A stretch of 64,000 nt of DNA from an uncultured Verrucomicrobiae bacterium (GTDB taxonomy: Bacteria > Verrucomicrobiota > Verrucomicrobiia > Limisphaerales > Palsa-1400), in assembly GCA_963764165.1 (NCBI GenBank), contig CAVXRD010000002.1, forward strand, positions 2,720,001-2,784,000, given 5' to 3'. Each line of letters begins with the position of its first letter. Positions within the stretch are counted from its first letter, which is position 1. The position numbers and the translations under genes were made by a program. Shown here piece after piece: positions 59,438-64,000 of the stretch. The notes beneath the pieces were generated by a model. That model made no database searches. It was not told the origin of the DNA and saw nothing but the letters and a program-made list of their open reading frames with translations.

Positions 59438-59989
59438 TCAGTCCCGCCCCCTCTTGATTTCCCTGTCCGGCCGGAAACTGGTTTGCATGACGGGCTGATA
59501 TTCGAGCGCGCCTCGGAGGCGGTCGAACAATTTGAAAAGCAATGGCGTGACAGCCGCGCTGGCGAGAGCCATGACAAGCCATTGCCAGAACGAAATCCAG
59601 CCGATCAATGGTGTCAGCCCCAGGTTGAACAATATGAAAAGTGTCCCGATGGGATGAATCGCCCCGGCCAGAAATCCGAGCGTTCCCTGCGCGAAGAGAT
59701 GGTCGCGCAAAAGCAATTCGCGGCTCTTGAAAATAAGCACGCCGATGAACAGCAATGGCAGCACGCTTGCCCCCAGCGGATTGAGAGACAGCGAGTCGAA
59801 CCAAAGCCCGCCGCAAAAGGCCAGCAGCACGATGGTGGCGAAGCCGTGCGTCAGGGCGGCATAAACCATCAAGGCCGGCAGCAAATCAATTTGCGTCCCC
59901 AGCAATTTTCGGAACGACACAACCGACGATTCCAGAAACACCGCGAGGAAGGCTGCAGCCAACACAAAGATTGTGGAGCGCCATTTCAT
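59438..59989 (-). CDS. mreD: Rod shape-determining protein MreD
   Basis: Multi-TM protein, GLWFDSLS; located between mreC and mrdA. Confidence 0.85.
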   Translation of the reverse strand: MKWRSTIFVLAAAFLAVFLESSVVSFRKLLGTQIDLLPALMVYAALTHGFATIVLLAFCGGLWFDSLSLNPLGASVLPLLFIGVLIFKSRELLLRDHLFAQGTLGFLAGAIHPIGTLFILFNLGLTPLIGWISFWQWLVMALASAAVTPLLFKLFDRLRGALEYQPVMQTSFRPDREIKRGRD

Positions 59990-60054
59990 TGGGAGCATCT
60001 CACTTTCCCGCAGCGCGACAACTTTCCAACCCGGAACGATGGAACTCGCTTCCC

Positions 60055-60194
60055 GGGGAGCACACCCGCCCTCGGGTGTGGACGACTGGCGCCTCGCCAG
60101 TCGCCGTCAGGAGATTTGTTCAACCAACTGAATCGACCATCGAATGTGTTCCGCGAGGGCGCGGAACACTGCACGCGAGGCGCGTGCGCTCCCC
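60055..60194. repeat. REP-like doublet (gggagcacac family) inside the mre operon
   Basis: ggggagcacacccgccctcgggtg ... cacgcgaggcgcgtgcgctcccc. Confidence 0.7.
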
Positions 60195-60233
60195 GGACAT
60201 CTGCCTTCGCAATAAATCGAGGTGCTCCCAAGT

Positions 60234-61049
60234 TCATGGCATCTTCACCCACAGTTCCTCCAGCGAGCCAAGATCGGCGGCCAGCTTCACCCGCGCTTCG
60301 ATCGACAAACCGTAGTCGTTGGTCTGGACATCGACGACTTTGCCGATATGAATTCCCGGGGGAAAAATGCCGCCGACGCCCGATGTTTCCACGCTTTGGC
60401 CGGCCCCCACCGTGCTGGCGCCGGACAAGTGGTCCAAGTCAATCATTCCGTCCTCGCGCGGCGCCGAAGTGATTGCGCCAATGATGCCCATCTCGCGATT
60501 TGTCGTGCCGGTGGATACCACTGCCGAAACCTTTAAATTCGGATCACCCAGCATGATCACTTGCGAACGCGTTGCGCCCACGTTCTGCACGCGGCCCACC
60601 AACCCGTCGGCGGTCAAAACAGGCAGGTTCGCTTTAATCCCATCGTTCGCTCCAAGATCAATTTCCAGCGTTCGCCAAAAATTGGCCGGATCGCGGGAAA
60701 TGACGCGCGCCAATTTGACGCGCCAGCCCTTCTGCTGCTGCCAGCCAAGAGCGCTTCGCAGTCGGGCGTTCTCCGCCCGAATCTGCGCCTCCTGGGAAAG
60801 GCGGATTTGCAATTCCTGCTTGTCGTGGCGCAATTCCTCCAGTTGCCGGATCAATTCGCGCTTGGGCAAAAGTTCGGAAGAGCCGCGGCTGGCTAGTTCA
60901 TGCGCCGAAGTGGAAAGTCCGAAGAGGGGGAGAAAAAGACCACTGATGGCGAGCTTCATTTTGCCGACACTTCCCCCTGGCATTTCCAACAATGCCAACA
61001 CGGCCAAAACTGCAATTGCCAAAACTATATAATGCGACTTCTTCAGCAT
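60234..61049 (-). CDS. mreC: Rod shape-determining protein MreC
   Basis: ENARLR, GLVGRV, TSGVGGIFPPGIHIGKV. Confidence 0.92.
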   Translation of the reverse strand: MLKKSHYIVLAIAVLAVLALLEMPGGSVGKMKLAISGLFLPLFGLSTSAHELASRGSSELLPKRELIRQLEELRHDKQELQIRLSQEAQIRAENARLRSALGWQQQKGWRVKLARVISRDPANFWRTLEIDLGANDGIKANLPVLTADGLVGRVQNVGATRSQVIMLGDPNLKVSAVVSTGTTNREMGIIGAITSAPREDGMIDLDHLSGASTVGAGQSVETSGVGGIFPPGIHIGKVVDVQTNDYGLSIEARVKLAADLGSLEELWVKMP

Positions 61050-61100
61050 CTCGCCCTGCCGCGCGCTTTGGGCGCGGCGTTCATTTCGGGCGAACTGGAA

Positions 61101-62132
<1,032 letters not shown>

Positions 62133-62316
62133 TGCCTATCAATCCCATTCAAGTTACGGGACGCCTCGCGCCACGGTCAAGATTAATGACGACTTGAATT
62201 GACAAGTTTGCGGCAAATCCGAGTTGCCGCACTTGCGAACCCAGTTCGGTGCCGGTTCAGTTGGACAGATTCTGTCTAGTAGAGCATCATGTGGCTAACC
62301 AGATCGAATTAGGATT

Positions 62317-63105
62317 ATGAGCGACAACTCCAAAATTGAATGGACAGACGCCACCTGGAACCCGGTGCGCGGCTGCTCGAAAATCAGTCCCGGATGCTTG
62401 CATTGTTACGCGGAAACGTTTGCAGAACGGTTTCGCGGCGTGCCGAACCATCCATTTGAATTTGGCTTCGATCTCCGCCTAGTGCCCGAAAAGCTGGGGG
62501 ATCCCATCCGCTGGTCGAAACCAAAGAAGGTTTTTGTAAATTCGATGAGCGACCTTTTCCACGAGAGCGTTCCTGACGACTACATCGAACAAGTTTGCCG
62601 GGTAATGCTCGCTGCCAATTGGCATACCTACCAAGTCCTGACAAAGCGGGCAGACCGAATGGCAGCCTTGTTGCGGGGAAAATTACGCAACGCTGCCCAG
62701 GCAAGTCACATCTGGTGGGGTGTGAGTGTGGAAAATCGCAAACAGGGGTTACCCAGAATCGACAAGCTCCGAGGAGGCAAACCGGCGGTGGCATTCTTGT
62801 CGATCGAGCCTTTGCTCGAAGACTTGGGAAGATTCGAGCTTCAGGGCATGAATTGGGTTATCGTTGGTGGTGAGAGCGGGCCGGGAGCGCGTCCGTTGGA
62901 TGTGGCATGGGTCCGCGATATCCGCAACCTCTGCCAAGAGAATGGCGTCCCTTTCTTTTTCAAACAGTGGGGCGGTGTGCGCAAGAGCGCGACCGGACGA
63001 GAACTGGATGGCAAAACCTACGACGAATTTCCAGCCCATATACAGCCTCGCGCACCATTGGAATCGCGCCTGATTCTCCTTCGGGAAGAGTTCGACATTG
63101 CCTGA
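62317..63105 (+). CDS. DUF5131 (phage Gp37/Gp68-like) three-Cys-motif protein
   Basis: IEWTDATWNPVRGCSKISPGCLHCYA, FVNSMSDLFH, WVIVGGESG, FFKQWGG. Confidence 0.92.
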   Translation: MSDNSKIEWTDATWNPVRGCSKISPGCLHCYAETFAERFRGVPNHPFEFGFDLRLVPEKLGDPIRWSKPKKVFVNSMSDLFHESVPDDYIEQVCRVMLAANWHTYQVLTKRADRMAALLRGKLRNAAQASHIWWGVSVENRKQGLPRIDKLRGGKPAVAFLSIEPLLEDLGRFELQGMNWVIVGGESGPGARPLDVAWVRDIRNLCQENGVPFFFKQWGGVRKSATGRELDGKTYDEFPAHIQPRAPLESRLILLREEFDIA

Positions 63106-63110
63106 AGACC

Positions 63111-64000
63111 GTGCCATCCCCCGGTTTTCATAATCAACCGTACGATTCGGGCACGTTGACGAAGCTCAGAATCTTTGAGCTTTACAGTCAACAATGGATT
63201 CCTGTTTTTCTCTCAAGGTCGGCTCCAAGCTTTGAAGAAGTTCACATATTCGACTTTTTCGCCGGGCCCGGCTCGGACTCCGCAGGGGTGCCGGGATCTC
63301 CCTTGCGAATATTGGATCAACTTCGCGAGTATGAAAGGAGAGGATTGGCAGGATGGCAAAAGGTAAGAATCGAAGCACATTTGTTTGATGAAGATGAAAG
63401 GAAGATCGCGCAGCTTGCGACCGTGCTTGATCGGCCGGAATGGAGTATTCCCGGCGTGCGCATTGACTGCCGCCCTATTGCGTTTCAGAATGCTTTGGCA
63501 GAATGCAGGACGGTTCTGTTGAATCACCGTGCCGCCAAATTGCTTATTATTGACCAATTCGGCGTAGATGCCGTGTCAGACAAGGTTTTCCGAGAGCTTA
63601 TTGAATTTCCCACGACTGATTTTATCTTCTTCCTGTCGTCCTCAACCCTTCACCGCTTTCGCGACCATCCAGCCATCAAGCAGAAGATCCAACCACTGGC
63701 TGACTCATACGATGTTCATCGCGCGGCTTTGGCTTACTACAGAAATTTAGTTCCCAGAGGCCACAAAGTTTATCTGGGCCCGTTCTCGATAAAGAAGAAG
63801 CATGGAAATATTTATGGGTTGATCTTTGGCAGCCAGCATCCATTGGGAATCCACAAGTTTCTCCAAGTCGCGTGGAAGAACGACGAGATTTCAGGAGAGG
63901 CGAACTTCGATATTGAGCGCGAAAACATCCGTGCCGACGAAGGCTTGCTTGCACTCGAGATAATGCGCCCAAACAAGGTCCGAGAGTTTGAGGGGAGATT
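63111..64000 (+). CDS. Three-Cys-motif partner protein (TcmP-like, methyltransferase fold), 3'-truncated by the window
   Basis: Open frame from GTG 63111 to the window end: TLTKLRIFELY, IFDFFAGPG, IIDQFG, NIYGLIFGS; absent from the ORF track because it has no stop codon here. Confidence 0.85.
   Translation, partial: MPSPGFHNQPYDSGTLTKLRIFELYSQQWIPVFLSRSAPSFEEVHIFDFFAGPGSDSAGVPGSPLRILDQLREYERRGLAGWQKVRIEAHLFDEDERKIAQLATVLDRPEWSIPGVRIDCRPIAFQNALAECRTVLLNHRAAKLLIIDQFGVDAVSDKVFRELIEFPTTDFIFFLSSSTLHRFRDHPAIKQKIQPLADSYDVHRAALAYYRNLVPRGHKVYLGPFSIKKKHGNIYGLIFGSQHPLGIHKFLQVAWKNDEISGEANFDIERENIRADEGLLALEIMRPNKVREFEGR

Noticed and set aside
63098..63133. Apparent frameshift at the start of the TcmP-like gene (TTG 63098 hits a TAA)
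   Set aside because: GTG at 63111 gives a fully open frame, so no frameshift is needed.

Overview
GC-rich bacterial chromosomal window, probably a Pedosphaera-like Verrucomicrobiota member (inferred from gene content and repeat families, not proven). 0-4 kb: beta-carbonic anhydrase, flotillin and nfeD, plus a decayed PIN-type toxin-antitoxin relic. 4-9.3 kb: accessory island with an iteron-like repeat array and the remains of a type I restriction-modification locus (an hsdS tail and two broken hsdM copies). Two cargo modules sit among these remains: a YwgA/Panacea-like gene with a SAMHD1-like HD dNTPase (one frameshift), and a zeta-toxin-like kinase with a small partner. 9.3-51 kb: a large general-stress-type region (paoABC-xdhC-mocA, pfpI, yciF, csbD, DUF4142, mgtC, EmrAB-type efflux, orphan hydrogenase accessory genes, alternative complex III with a caa3 oxidase, Ku, small membrane proteins). 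About ten of its transcription units carry a sigma54-type -24/-12 motif, eight of them 12-17 nt before the start codon, which suggests an RpoN-driven, nearly leaderless stress regulon. 51-62 kb: bglX and the mreBCD-mrdA-rodA-rng core operon. 62.3-64 kb: DUF5131 followed by a TcmP-like methyltransferase-fold gene that runs off the window end. No rRNA, tRNA, CRISPR array, transposase, integrase or reverse transcriptase was recognised. All family assignments come from motif recognition by eye, not from database searches.
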